DNA of 64,000 nt, taken from Octopus sinensis. Taxonomy: Eukaryota. This document shows positions 1 through 14,897 of this stretch, in pieces. The stretch is from positions 144,026,001-144,090,000 of the forward strand of contig NC_042998.1 in the NCBI RefSeq assembly GCF_006345805.1, written 5' to 3'. The first letter of the stretch is position 1, and every line of letters begins with the position of its first letter. Position numbers and translations under genes: made by a program. Below the pieces are notes generated by a model that was given only the letters and a program-made list of their open reading frames with translations, was not told the DNA's origin and did no database searches.

Positions 1-39
1 CTGATGCAAGATACAAATCAGTCTGGTGCCAGCCCTTAA

Positions 40-511
40 CCTTTTTATTACAATATTTCTGTTGAAATATACTGCTTTTGTTTCAATTAATTTTGAAAAT
101 AATGAATTTATAAAATAATTTAGTCATTATCAATCTGGTGTTTTGGAATATAAATTAACCCTATGCCTGTCCTGTGTATCATGATACAAGGGACATATTT
201 CGCAGACATTCATGCATCATAATTGATTAACATTTTCAATTCTTTTAAATCGCCAGAGTAACTCGGGATTTATGAAAAAGAAAGCTTTATGTTACTCAGA
301 ATGTATAACATAAAGGCTAACTAAAAGTCTGCATACAAACATGGACATTTAAGACAAACTCATGAAAATGTTTGGGACAGGCAAAAGGTTAAGCTAAAAC
401 AGAAATTGACATGAAATTTGGATGGAAGGTTTTAATTTAGATCACTTTAACAACAGGAAGCTCATATTACAGAGCTAGGCACAATCTTAGGTGAGTTGGT
501 ATCAAAAAAGT
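40..511. mobile_element. piggyBac-type MITE (TTAA target) with a second TTAA MITE nested at 159-388
   Basis: TTAA at 36-39 and 512-515. The inner element is bounded by TTAA at 155-158 and 389-392, with TIRs ccctatgcctgtcc / ggacaggcaaaagg. Related host sequence recurs near 6895, 15850-16060 and 28180-28310. Confidence 0.6.
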
Positions 512-968
512 TTAAACATTTTTCTGCTAATTGCACATTTACAATAGACATTTTAAATAATTACCATAATAATAGCAATCTTAGTTTTAAACAAATACTA
601 ATGTAAGAGTTGTTAGTCAAATTCAAGGAAATTTTTACATTAAATAAAATTATATTCAAACAAGAAAAAATAACAATTTTCCAAATAATGTACAACAAAA
701 ACTTTCCAGACAGTGACAGTCTGGAAACTCTTATCACCTGCACTAATTCTCAGATACCCGTATTTAATATTTGTTTAATTTACAATTGGCTAATGTGACT
801 GCTCTTAGTTCAGAAAAATCAACAATCTAGAAAGACTGGAAACAAAAGTTCCAGAAAAATAAATGTTGTATTTGTAATTGTTACTTTATAAACAAATACA
901 GTTCAATGAATGGGGAAAAAAAAATGAAAATATATCTTCTCTAAAGTTTCATATAATCAAATACTTAC

Positions 969-1004
969 AGTTGAGCTGGTATCTTCTTCTTGTAACGTTC
1001 GAGG
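969..1004 (-). CDS. NEDD4: Probable NEDD4 36-nt microexon: PRTLQEEDTSST
   Basis: tgttttag acceptor, GTAAGT donor, phase 0-0, open and in frame with the preceding exon. No recognisable homology to confirm it. Confidence 0.7.
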
Positions 1005-3686
1005 CTAAAACATAGAAATATATACAAGAAAATCAATAAAAGCCAATACATAAATATCACAACTATTCCTTAACAAGCCTAAATTCTCTTTAAAATTAAT
1101 TTATTTGTTTTGCACTGTAATAGCTCTTGTAGACTTCCGTCTCTCCCCATCTATAAGTTACAACTGTAGCCTCACCTAAGCTAGCCATCACCAACTATTC
1201 CTACTCCTATTCAAACAAAGCTGAGGAAGCCTTTATGCAGTCACTCAACCTAAAAACAACCAAATACCCTTATATAGCATTCTTAAATAAGGAAGGATAC
1301 ATTGGATAGTGTATTCCTAGATATACTATGCCTAAAAAAGATCATAAATTTATTCGATTAGGGCTGACCTGCAGCTAAGCAACTGCAATTATCTAGTTTT
1401 AGCAACTTTTCTTCTATTTAGAGCAACACTTGTCTTTTCAGTAAAAACATTTCTGAAGTGTCACTGCTTTTATCACTCCCCATGCATTATTATCTTTGAT
1501 AGCATTATGCTGCCTTCTACCCTTATGGTTAATGCTCAAGGATAGGAGAAAGTAAAGATGAAGTGAAGAGTCAAGGAGAAGCAGATGAAGAAAGGTTTGG
1601 GAATCATTGTCCTAGAATCTAAAACTCCATAGTTGTCACTCCCACACATGTATGATCTAGCAGTATGTACCATGCTTTTGCTAATTGGTTTCTTAGGTGC
1701 CCGTGTAGTCTTGAGCAGACATAGACACCCTCTAAACTATTCCTATCTTCATCCCAGAGAAACATCAAGGATGTGGCACCTGAAGAAAGAGAGAGCTGCA
1801 CCAGCATTAGGCTGGTAGTCTTTCATAGCTGAGTAAACTGGAGCAACATGAACTGAAGCACATTTCATGAATCACAACTACCCATAGGATCAGTCCTTCA
1901 TATAGATTTCCAGTGCTAAATGGAGATGAGTTAATCATTCTATGTAAAACACTACTCCATCATAGCTAACTTTCTCAAAACTCCTGACACCTATACCTCA
2001 TTGTTAACTTGGAAAAATGTAGAATTGTGTGAGTGAGAAATGTTAGTGTCCCTAGGCTTACACTCCAAATACATCAGAAAACACCTACATGCATAGCTTT
2101 AATACTTGGCTTGTGGATCACAAGTTCAAAGATTCACATGATCATTTTTACCTTGACATGAAGACACAAAAGAAATTTTTCCAGAATTACAAAAAGGAAT
2201 TTCAGAGTTAAGAACTAATTAAAATGAGAGAGAAGTGGACACTTATGAGAGAATTACATTGACAATTCTCATTATAATCCTCAATTTTGAAGAAAACAGG
2301 TACCCAAGTCATATTTTCATCTAAGTTCATACACTAAATACAATAAATCTGACATTTATTAGAGGAGATGACATGGAATAAATCATTTAATTTGTGCAAT
2401 ACAAGAAAAACAAAAGTAATGATAACATTATTAAAAAAAAAACAGGCATGCTTTAAATTTCACAATTCTTTGAGTCATATGGGGCTCTACTTGAAAACTA
2501 TATAATTTTATTTAGAACAAGTTAACTGAGTAAAGCTCATTTTTTACCAAGTAACACTCAAGACAAGACTTGATCACACACTCAATAATTATCTTGGGGC
2601 TACACAGAAAGTGAGTTGTTTCTACAGTTTACAGTATGGCAAGTGTTTGAACAGCATAAAAAGGTCCTAAAGCACATCAGCTACAAGCAGTTTATGTCTT
2701 AAATGTTATCAAAACATGTAAACACTGGCAAAAATAACTGCACCAAGATGCACAACCAAGCACTTTCGCTGCCAGAAATGCAGTGAATTATCAAATGGTC
2801 ATTTGATAATTGTGATCATCAATGTTATTAGGGTATGAAATATTTTGGCACAACTGTTTTGGTGCTACCTATTTGGCATCACGGACGTGACACTGACTTA
2901 TTCAACATCAGACATTTTAATGTTTCTTTCATTCTCTGTTGTACTGTTTGTATGTGTAAGTGTATTTCCCTTCCTATGTATGAGGAGGCAGAAAGTGTTT
3001 ATGCCAATTGTGTTCAATTAATTGTAAAGTCTCGCTCTCTATGCATATATTTCTGTGATTCCAGCACCAAAAAACTAGTCAGCAAAACAGGTTGAGTGTC
3101 CAGTTGGCTATGTTGAATGGTCAGCATCCAAACAACCACACCAAATTGTCTCATTTTGATGTTATTGTGCATCAGATTTAATAAAGGAAGAGGCTAATTT
3201 TGTTTTCCTCTTCTCAGTCTTTTTCATCTTCATCTAAACATCCAACTTTTCATGCTAGCATGGGTTAGATAGGTCTACTGTACAGCATATAACCACTTGC
3301 TTTGACACAGTGTCATTTCATTTGTGGTGCCCAATTCCGATACCTGGACTCACTACTTTTACCCAAGATCATCTTCTGCCACCTTGAATACTATCCACTC
3401 TAAGTACTCAGTATTCTTTATAGCAAATGATAAAAAAAAAAAAAATTGTTTTAAATGCTATAAACTAAAAGTAGAGTTTACCTGGGATAAAAGGTGACAA
3501 AAAAATAAAGGATAGAGTGGTGAGCACATATATAAGGATTGAGCCTCAGAGACAAGATGATACTGAACTAGGATAAGTGACAATTTGCTGTCAGACAGGT
3601 CTGAGAATAAAGAAAGCTGAGAACAGGAAAACAGTTAGTGATTGTAAGTTAGCAATGTCTGTGTATGAATAGGGGTGGTGATTTAC

Positions 3687-3840
3687 CGCTGGTGGTTGTG
3701 TTTCTTCAGAACTCTCACTTCCTGAAGTATTTAAACTAATTGTGTCTTCTTGGCTAATGTGTCTACGTTGCCGATATAACTGTGCAACCTCCATACTGCG
3801 CTGCCTTTGAAGTTCCAGTTGAGAAGGCTGTGCTGCAGGT
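3687..3840 (-). CDS. NEDD4: NEDD4 exon, post-WW1 linker: PAAQPSQLELQRQRSMEVAQLYRQRRHISQEDTISLNTSGSESSEETQPPA
   Basis: 154 nt, tctttcag acceptor and GTAAAT donor, phase 2 to 0. Contains RRHIS as in NEDD4L after WW1. Confidence 0.9.
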
Positions 3841-3874
3841 CTGAAAGAACAATGAAAAGAATTAATAAACAATG

Positions 3875-3925
<51 letters not shown>

Positions 3926-6900
3926 GTCATGATAATATAAAAAGCTGATTTCACAAAGAAATGTGAATTGTTTCTTGTGGGAAAATTCGAGACTGTTCCC
4001 AGAAAATCTGGTTCTTATTTTCTATTCTTGACAGCTCTATAAAATGAGTCACTTGAAATGAAGTCTCCAACCCAGAAATAACAAAAAGTGGGCAGTAGAT
4101 TTGAACTCTCAATAAATTTTGCTTACACACACATGCAACCAATAAATGCAGGTACAGCATATATAACACACACAACCAATTTAACCAATAAATGCAAATA
4201 TGGTATATAACACACACACACACAAAACCTTTTATCTTTTGTTTCAGTCACTGGACTGTGGCCATGCTGGGGTACCACCTTGAAGTGTTCTACTTGAACA
4301 AATTGACCCCAGTACTTAGGTTTTTGGGGTTGTTTTTTTTAAAGTCTGGCATTTATTTCTGTTGGTCCCTTTCACCAAACTGCTAAGTTACAGAGACAAA
4401 GAAACCAACACTGGTTGTTATGCAATGAGGAAGGGGCAAACACAGACACACATATATAAACAATAGGTTTCCACACACTTTCCATCTACTAAATTCATTC
4501 ACAAGGCATTGGTCAACCCAGGACTATGACAGAAGATACTTGCCCAACGTGCCACACAGTGGGACTGAACCTGAAACCATGTGGTTGCAAAGTGAAATTC
4601 TTAACCACACAACTATGCCTGTACCTTATTTTACACACACACACACACTATACTCTTTTCCATATGCATCTTTATATGTCAGCAGGGTTTGGATGGCTCT
4701 GCAATTTAAGGCATTTACATAAAACATTCAAGGCAATTTAATGTTGTTTCAAGCACAAATCTACAACAACAATAAATTACAAAGTGAGTTGACTTGGGTG
4801 AACTAAGACAAAAGTAAAGTTAGTCCATATAACAACCCTTGAATCTAAAATAATTTCATTTCAAGACATCTTCTCATGTGGTCATTATCATCGTCAATTA
4901 AACATTCATGTTCCATGCTGGTCTGGGTTGGATGATTTCACAGGATCTATTGGGTCCAAGGATAGCATCATACTTTGGCATGGTTTCTATAGCCAAATAC
5001 CTTTCCTAACATGAAACACTTTACAGCCATGAATGGGGTGGCTTTATGCAAAGAGATAAGGGAAGGGACCACAGCAGATCAGGTTTCTAACTGTAGAGTA
5101 AGCTACATGGTTACTTAGATTTTAGAAGAGAGGGTGGGAGTGATACAGTGAAGCTGGAAAGAGATAAAATAGTGTGATGAGATGTCTGGCTGGACCCCTC
5201 AAGGAACGAGGTGAGCAGAAGAGAGTTGTGAAGGTTGTGACAGCATATGGTAATGGGAGGTAAAAATTGGGTAGGACTGAAAGGTGGATGTAGTGAGTAA
5301 CTGAGTTTCTATGACCAAAAACCCTTCCAAACACCAACCATCTTACAACATACAGAGTGCATTTTATAAAGCACCAGTGCTAGAAAGGATAAAATGAGAT
5401 AGTAATGGATAGCAAGAGGTAGATAAATGATGAGAGTGAATGAAGAATGTTGAACCTCAATGACCAGTGGGATGTATAAGCAGAGTGCATGGGGGTACAT
5501 GGGGATAGAGAACCCAGAGGCTTAGCAGGAGTATTTTCAGATCCAATTTTCAGACCCTGAGTTAGCTAAAGGAATTTTAAACAATTAAGGAAAAGTAGAT
5601 TGTTGCTTTTTAAGAATCATAGAGAGACTTCCCTTAAATGAAACCCTGGAAATAAACATGTGTATCAAGCATCTATAAAATGTAATTATAAAATAAAAGT
5701 AGATATGTTTTTAAATGAAATTTATATCAAAAGCATATAAAATTATAATACTTTAAGTAACCAGCTCATTTGAGATACAAATATATACTTACCAGAGTAT
5801 ATACATTCACCAAATTATAGACTGACTAAGGGATAAAAATATTGACTTACACACTCACACAAACACAATTAGAAATTTCAAACAACTTCAAAAGAAAAAG
5901 GGTGTTGTATTATGGTTATATTAATTAATTGCTGATATTGTATTGAAACAAGAAATATAAAAATAAATTTTAAAAAGTACAAACAGTTAAAGTTTGTGAA
6001 TAACAACAAATAGAAGCAGTGTAGATAAGGTGTGAGACACTGGAAATATTTAAATCATTTTCATCATCTTATCATTTTATACATCTTTCATGCTTGCATG
6101 GGGTCAGACTGAGTTTAATGATGCAGACTTTCTACAACTGGTAGCCCTTCCTGTTACCAACCCTCACCTGTTTCTCCTGGTTATTTGAACAACAAACAGA
6201 TCAGTACATGTTGTTACAGAAGATTGCACAGAAATTACATTGTTTTTGAATGAACAGGGATTTTACAATCAATGTGCAAAATTCCATGACAAGGAGAGAC
6301 ACACACACAGGCATACATGAGTGTGTGCAACCCATGCCAGCATGAAAAGCAGATGTAAAAGTGATGTTGATGATATAGATAAATGTAAGTTTCCACACAG
6401 TTTCCATCTACCAAATTCAATCACATGGTATTGGCCCAAGGTACCAAACAGTGGGACTGAACCCAGCCATGCTTTTGTCTTAAATATCTTAGGAAATTGT
6501 ATTTTAATCGCCATAAAATTGGTGGAGTTTTTGTTTTGTCTTTAACATATTCAAATACTCAGGATAAATTAATGATATTTGCAAAACACAGTTTTAATAT
6601 GTTAATTTGATAAAGAAACAAAGAAAATAGCTTTTTTTTACAATAAAAGTTACAATACGATGTAAGAGGAAGGAAGGAAAAGCTTGCTTTAGTAACAACT
6701 TTTAATACACAGATAAGTCAGAGTGTGTGAGGGAGAGTGTAAAGCTGTTAGAAAAGCCTAAATAAAAGACAACATAACAGTCAATACAAATAGTTAAAAT
6801 ACCAAAAAAAATGAAAAACATTAGGTCTTAAGAGAATTAGCCTCATTATTTCTAATCTATTTATTTAGTATCATCAGAAAACATCTCTCTGAGTAACCCT

Positions 6901-8351
6901 TTTGTTGCCATATTTCTATTGAAATATACTGTCAATTAATTTTGAAAATAACGAAGACTTTAGTAAAATAACTATGCCATTACTAAGTTGGTATTTGGAA
7001 CATAAGCTAACATGAATTTTTGATGGAGATAATTTAGAAGTCTGTATCAAAGAAACAGGGGTACTTGAGGGTGGGTTGGTAATCTTTTTTCCCACCTCTT
7101 CCCCAATGGCAAACCAATTTATTCAACTATTGAACTTCAAGCAAAATATTAATTTTAAGTTCAAAGTAATTTCACCTGAAAGTTACATAATCAAATACAA
7201 GATGTAAAAACTAAGTGATTATCATTATTATTATTATGCTTTTAAAGAAAGTTTTGAAATATCACTAGGACAGTTGAATGCTGGAAGAGATAAGCTCTTA
7301 ACGGGGCAAATTTTCTAACTTAATTTCAACTGTTGATTAAAAAGTTTCATCCAAACCACTCATGACTGCAAAAAAGGTATAAAATATTCTAACTTTAGGA
7401 TTATCTTAGCTGAGGCAGGGAATGACAACAAAATGCCTGGTTATTTCACAATCATCATCATTTTAATGTCCAATTTTCCACGCTTAGATGAGTCAGACAG
7501 TTTACAGAGGCAGATTTTTTTCTGCAGCCAAATGCCTTTCCTGTCACTAAGCTTCACCTGTTTCCAAACAAGATATTATTTCTCTGTGGCCAGACATATT
7601 TTTGTAGAATATTGGAAATGGACAACACTGCTTGTATGACAGTGACACTCATTTACAACTATCAGGCAATGTCAAGACAAGCAGACACAAACATACACAC
7701 ACATTTTATATATATAAAAGTGCCACATAGTGAGACTGAACTCAAAACCATGTCATTAGGAAGCAAGCTTCTTAAGCACAAAGCCACATTTGTACCTGTA
7801 TAATTATTACAATAACTAAATTTACCATATTAGACAAAATGTATGCAGCAAGAACAAAAATGTTGAAATAATTTAGTAACTGCAACTTTTACTAATTCTA
7901 TGTAAACAGTAATCACATGGATGACACCAAACTAATTTCTAATGTTACTAAAATAAGTTTTTTATGTGTTATAAACTGAAAGTATATTTCTAAACAGCCC
8001 AATAATTCAATCAAATTGAAGGTTAAAAAGAAAATTCTAATTTTGGCACAAGGTCAACAATTTTGGTGGGTGAAGGCAAGTTGATTAATTGACCCCTATG
8101 CTCAACAAAAACTTATTTTACTGACCCTGAAAGGATGAAGGGCAAAGTCAACCTCAGTGGGATTTGATCTCAGAATGTTAAAAAGCCAGAAGAAATGCCA
8201 CTAAACATTTTGTCTGACATGCTAACAATTCTGCCTGCTTGTAAAAAAACAAAATTATAATTAAGAACAAATTCTTCAAGTGGAATGAAGTTTATAGAAA
8301 GGGCAAAAGCAATAATAATAATAATATAGGGTGTGTGTGTGTTGAAACTCA

Positions 8352-8627
<276 letters not shown>

Positions 8628-8631
8628 TTAA

Positions 8632-8854
8632 CTCTTTAGCATTTAAACCAGCCATATCCGGCCAAAATATTAAAAATTTTTTTTTATCTTCCAACCGAAC
8701 AGATCTAGCCTGTCACACCTACCCTACAGTGTTGTTTTAAAAATAAACAATCACATCATTGAAATCTCAATGTAATGAAATAATGCATGATTAATATAAA
8801 ATGATGTGAATACATTAGCATTACATTAGACAGAATAATCTCAATGTTGAAGGG
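8632..8854. mobile_element. piggyBac-type MITE
   Basis: TTAA-ctctttagcattt ... aatgttgaaggg-TTAA. Same family at 14898-15117 and, inverted, at ~37650-37872. Confidence 0.65.
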
Positions 8855-9687
8855 TTAATACAGAGTGTTAACCACAGTCAATGTAAAATTAGGTACTTTC
8901 TTTTTTTTTTGCCATGATTGGGAAAAGATTTTAAATAATATCAAGAAAAAAATGGGACCCACAAAAAATAAATAAGATTAAGTTTTAGAGTTCTTTTTAT
9001 TTTTACTGAATATTCCAATGTGTGAAACACTATGATCATACAATACTATTCTTGAAGTTAAAAAAATTTTTTTTAAATAATTTGACCTAAACTAATGGAA
9101 TTTAGAGTCTGTTTCAAACATACAGGCCCAGTTATTAGGCTGGAGCTTGAAACTGGTTTCTCTGGTGTTTAAGTGACCACCAAATCCTACTCACAAAAAT
9201 GGGGTGCCAAGACATCACAGGGTTAACTCCCAGCTGTTACCAAGACACACTACCAGTTGAGAAATGTGGAAGGAAGTTGCTTGCTCAAGGACATAATGCA
9301 CTGCTCTATTTAAGAATTGAACCCACAACTCAACAATAGTAAGCCTAACATCCAAACAACAATGCAACATTGACATCTTCAAAGGTCAGAGGTCAACAGA
9401 ATAACAGAAGCATTTTTACAGAAATTTGACTTATTGGCCATTAAAAATATAGCCCAAAGAGTAATTATTGAAACAAAATGCATATATACGTGTGTGTGCG
9501 CGTGTGTATACATTTCACTTAGGCATTTCAAAACTAATAATGGGACTCTAACAAAGCTATAGGATCCTATTTAGACACTCAACTTTGAGTCCATTGCATC
9601 TTATAGCAGCAGAAACAGTTGTAAGCTAAGGAAATTCATAACATAACCATTGTTTTTCTTGTCATCAGTTTTCCTTATATATGTGTG

Positions 9688-9812
<125 letters not shown>

Positions 9813-11963
9813 GTCTGACAACTAGATGGGCAAAACTTTGAAGTCACTGTCACACCTCATCTTGTGAAATTTTAATAAGCATGCACTCTACAAAGAATTA
9901 TTGAATAATTCTCTAGTTTAATGTTAAATTTTTACCTATAACTTGACATAAAACAAACATATATATAAGTACACACACATATATAGCCTTTCAAAGGTCA
10001 CACTAACCCAGCTAAATTGTATATATTTCACAAGCAACAACAACTAAGTTGACAAACAAACAATAAGATATTCGTCACACAAAGAAGTTGCAGGAAAAGT
10101 TAACAGCTTGTACTGAATACAGCTTTCATTATGCACACAACAGGGAAAAAGATAGCATTTCATCTAACACAATATCGAGAATAATCAATCACAAATAATA
10201 AAAGACAAATAGTTTTAGTTTGACAAAAGTTTTTTTCCTATTGAGAGAGAGGAGGAGGAGAAAGAGAGAGAGACCATGTTGATAAAAGTAATATGGATTC
10301 TGATTGGGAACAGACAACAACCTTGGTATATCTCCAGAGGTTTTTTTTTTTTTCTTGTAGATCTGCTTTAAAAAAAACTGATTCTTCCTTATTCTAATTA
10401 AATTTTTTTTTTTTGTTTTTTGTCAGTAAAAAATAGTAGAATGAATTTGTACTTGATTTATAACTGATTTTGCAGCAACTAGTTGGTGCTATGAGCTGCC
10501 ATTAAAAATGAATATCCTCATCCTTTGTAGACAAACAAAACATAGCTCTTTGGCAACACTCTTGATTCCTACCAAACAGTCATTCTGATGAAATAATTAC
10601 AGATTTCTCTTCAAGTAATATGATAGGCTCTAAAATAGAGCATCAACAACAACATTGTTAGTAACACAACTACCAAACAAGTATAACCTTAGATGCCCCT
10701 TAAAAATAGGAAAAGTAAAATTAATCTCATAAAAGCAAATTTATTAAAAAATATTCTTAATAAAGTAATAATAGATTCATTATCGTTAGATGGTTTAGTA
10801 AATTAAGTTAAGGAATTGCTGAGTAGAGTGAGAATTTTTAAATATAATGCTAAGCAAAGAAAAATTAGACATAAAGAATCACTGTTTTTCAAAAACACTT
10901 CAAAAAACTCATTCATCTGGAGATAAAACAAAATTGACCTAAAAAAAAAAAAATGAAAACACAAAATCAAAAAAAAAAGCAGTATTTAATTTTTTCACAT
11001 TCCAAACAAAAGAGGAAATTCTTTCTAAATTGGCAATTCATTTGTTTGTTTATTTTGATACCTGTTTCTTAGAGGAGTTTTTAATCTCCACCCCCACCCC
11101 AATAATGGAATGTATTGATGAGGAACTCATTTCTTGCTACCAACCCTTAACTGCTTTTTGAGTAGGGGATTTTTATATTTTTATTCAGCTGATTTTCATA
11201 AGCATAGAGTGACCAGTTGATCATAACTTCAACAAGGAATGTAAACATCCTAACACCATTTCATTCAGGTGGTCACAAGTGATAAAATAACCTTTGCAAA
11301 TGGTAAATCAAAGCATACATGTAGAGTAGGGTAATGTGTACAGGCACATTAGCAAAATAAATGTTCAGTATCTAACTAACTTAGATGCCACTAAATACCC
11401 ACAATGGAATCACTCTTCACTATCAATACATTCTTTTCTATTGCCAACGACCCACATCAGAATTTTCCATACATGGCCTGTCTCAGTTATTGGTTTAAGA
11501 AGGAAAGGAGCTACCAATGATATGAGGAAACCTGACATGTTGCTGAGAGAATCGACTTCTGTTATAGAACTGTCAAAGGTGTCTTATCCAGAGATGGTCC
11601 TCACAGCACCAAGTAGTTATTCCAATCTCTTTCATCAACTAAGTATGAATTTGAATTGCACAGATTGCTTATTGACTTGTGCATGTATACACACACAAAC
11701 GTTAATTTTTATAATACACAGTATAATGAATCCATTTCAACCGATTTTACCAATTGTTTCCACATAGGAACTTGTTAATTAGGTGATTACCTAACAGTGC
11801 ATCCGTCAGTGGCTGGTATGGAAAAAAGTGGTGATAGCTCCTGTATATTCGCAAATATATCCACTTTATTGAATATATAAGTGTCTGTTTTTGTTTTTTT
11901 TACTTATGGATTCTAAGACAACTATGTAATTATATTTAGTCTATTTTATACACAGTCCTTTGT

Positions 11964-13879
11964 CGTCATCATCATCGTTTAACGTCCGTCTTCCATGCTA
12001 GCATGGGTTGGATGGTTCAACTGGGAGGCTGGACCAAGTTCCAGTCTGATCTGGCAGTGTTTCTACAACTGGATGCCCTTCCTAATGCCAACCACTCCAA
12101 GAGTGTAGTGTGTGCTTTTTATGCGCCACCAGCACAGGGGCCAGAGGGGGCTGGCATCAACCACGATCAGATGGTGCTTTATATATGCCACCGGCATGAA
12201 AACCAGTCAAGGCAACACCGACATCGGCCACATACGGATGGTGCTTTTTATGTGCCACTGGCACAGGAGCCAGTTGGGGTGAGGGGGCTGGCATCGACCA
12301 CATTCGGATGGTACTTTTTATGTGCCACCAACATGAGGACCACAACTACAATTTCCATTTGAATGTGGTTTGATTTGATTTTGTCGTACTTGACTCAATG
12401 TCTCCTCAAGCATGACATGTCGCCCTATGATCCAAAGATACTTTTTGAGTTGGCTAGTTATGTGGCACTGGTGTAGGTTACAGTTGTGATCTCATTTTTT
12501 TTGCTAGGTCTTCTCAGTCACAGCATATCTCCAGAGGTCACGGTCTTTCATAATTGCTTCATTGAGGCCCAAAGTTCGAAGGTCATGCCTCACCACCTCA
12601 TTCCATGTCTTCCTGGGTCTCCCTCTACCCCGGATTACTTCTGGCATTTGGGAGTGGCACTTCTTCATACAGCTCTCCTCATCCATCCGTAGTACATGAC
12701 CATACCAATGCAAACATCTCTCTTGCACACCACATTCGATGCTTCTTATGTCCAACATTTCTCTCAGGGCGCTAACACTGTCGTGTGTGCACACTGACGT
12801 TACACATCCAGCGGATCATGCTAGCTTCATTTCTTTCGAGCCTACGCATGTCTTCAGCAGTCACGGCTCATGTTTCACTGACGTGTAGCATGGCAGTTTG
12901 CACACATACACTGTACAATTTACCTTTCGCTCTGAGCGAGAGGCCCTTTGTCACCAGTATTGGTAGAAACTTTCCGAACTTTTCTAAGGCTATTATTATT
13001 CTAGTGGTAATGTTCTCTGAGCATCCAATCCTACTACAGAAGCTCTCAACTACTTCTAGTTTCTCCCTCCTGGAATGTGATGAAATCTGTCTTCTGAGCA
13101 TCTGTGGTGTTTATTGCTCCTGCGCATCTGCCACACATGAAAGCTATCTTCCCGGTTAATCTTCCTTTGATGTTGCTGCACCTCTTATGCGTCCATAGCT
13201 TACACTGGGTACATCTTATGAAGTTTCTATCTACACCTTTTCTACAGATCAAGCAGGGCCACCTACATGAAGAGGTGTGTGATGTGTTCGCCTTCCTACT
13301 TACTAGAACTTTGGTCTTTGCGACATTGACTCTCAGGCCCTTCGATTCTAAACCTTGCTTCCAAACCTGAAATTTCTTTTCTAGTTCTGGTAGTGATTCT
13401 GCTATGAGGGTCAAATCATCACCAAAGAGAAGCTCCCAGGGGTAACCTGTCTTGAATTCCTGTTATTGCCTAGAGGACTATGATGAATAAGAGGGGGCTG
13501 AGGGCTGATCTTTGGTGGACCCCTACTTCTACCTGGAATTCTTCACTATACTCATTGCCAACCCTAACCTTACTAATGGCATCTCTGTATAGGGCCTGTA
13601 CAGCCCTTATTAATCATTCGGCAATCCCCAGTTTCCACATTGCCCACCAGATAAAAGATCGGGAGACCCTGTCAAAGGTTTTCTCCAAGTTCACAAAACC
13701 AAAATATAGGGGTTTATCTTTGGCTAGGTATTTCTCCTGCAGTTACCGTACCAGGAATATAGCATCAGTGGTGCTTCTACCTGGCACAAAACCAAACTGC
13801 ATCTCATCTAAGCAGACTCTCTCCCTAATTAGTTGGGCTATTACCCTCTCCGTGACCTTCATTACCTGATCCAGCAGTT
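11964..13879 (-). mobile_element. Old 5'-truncated RTE-clade LINE: RT domain, PHD-like Zn finger, C-terminus, 3'UTR and (ATG)n tail
   Basis: Minus-strand translation gives QFGFVPGRSTTDAIF, VGVHQRSALSPLLF, FGDD (YADD equivalent), LRWYGHVLRM and RGRPRKTW, with stops and frameshifts. The tail appears as catcatcatc at ~11966. Confidence 0.9.
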
Positions 13880-14158
13880 TGTGTGAATATGTGTGTGTGT
13901 GTGTGTGTATATTTTTTTCATGTGCAACTAGACCAATCTTTTCTTAAGTGAGAGGTCTCTGGTCTTTTCCTCTATCAATAAATACTCATAGTTCACCACT
14001 CATAAATATTTTCTGACTGCTTAAATGGTTTGAAATACAAAATCACAAGTATACTTAGAATGTCTATGCATGTATTTATATGTGTGCATGAATATGTGCA
14101 GGTGTATGCATACATATGTATGCATGTATGTGTGCATGCATGATTTTCTGCTTTTTCA

Positions 14159-14503
<345 letters not shown>

Positions 14504-14897
14504 TTATAAATACACGTGTGTACATGCAAACACACACACAGCATTTTGTTTCACTCTTTTAGATCTATCGATCCATACCAGAAAGGTGAAATGGAGCAGG
14601 TTTACAAATTCTGTTCCAGCCAAAGTCCCAAGTTCTTCTGTCTCCACTCAAATGTATATTTCCCTTCTTGCAACCTCAAGGATTCATCCTAACACTTCAT
14701 GATCATTATGTTTATGACTTTTCAGCTCCACTTGGTTACTCTCAGCCACTCTTTTCTGTTCTGGCCCCTTTGTTCATACTCTAACCTCACATTTCCTAGC
14801 ATAAAGCTGCTTCCCAAAGCATGAACAAAGTGGAGAAATGAAAACAATGATGATTTTAATGATGACAGTTTTGAGCTCTAACGACTACAACCATTAA

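Noticed and set aside
561-743. Further NEDD4 exon starting at tgcag|GTGATA
   Set aside because: No polypyrimidine tract, no convincing donor, and a hydrophobic low-complexity peptide.
2786-2811. 12-bp-arm palindrome AATTATCAAATG-GT-CATTTGATAATT (also 9-bp hairpins at ~703-727 and 63155-63175)
   Set aside because: Short and AT-rich; a few are expected by chance in 64 kb and there is no supporting context.
11336-11767. 143-aa plus-strand ORF
   Set aside because: No recognisable motif or splice structure, antisense within an intron.
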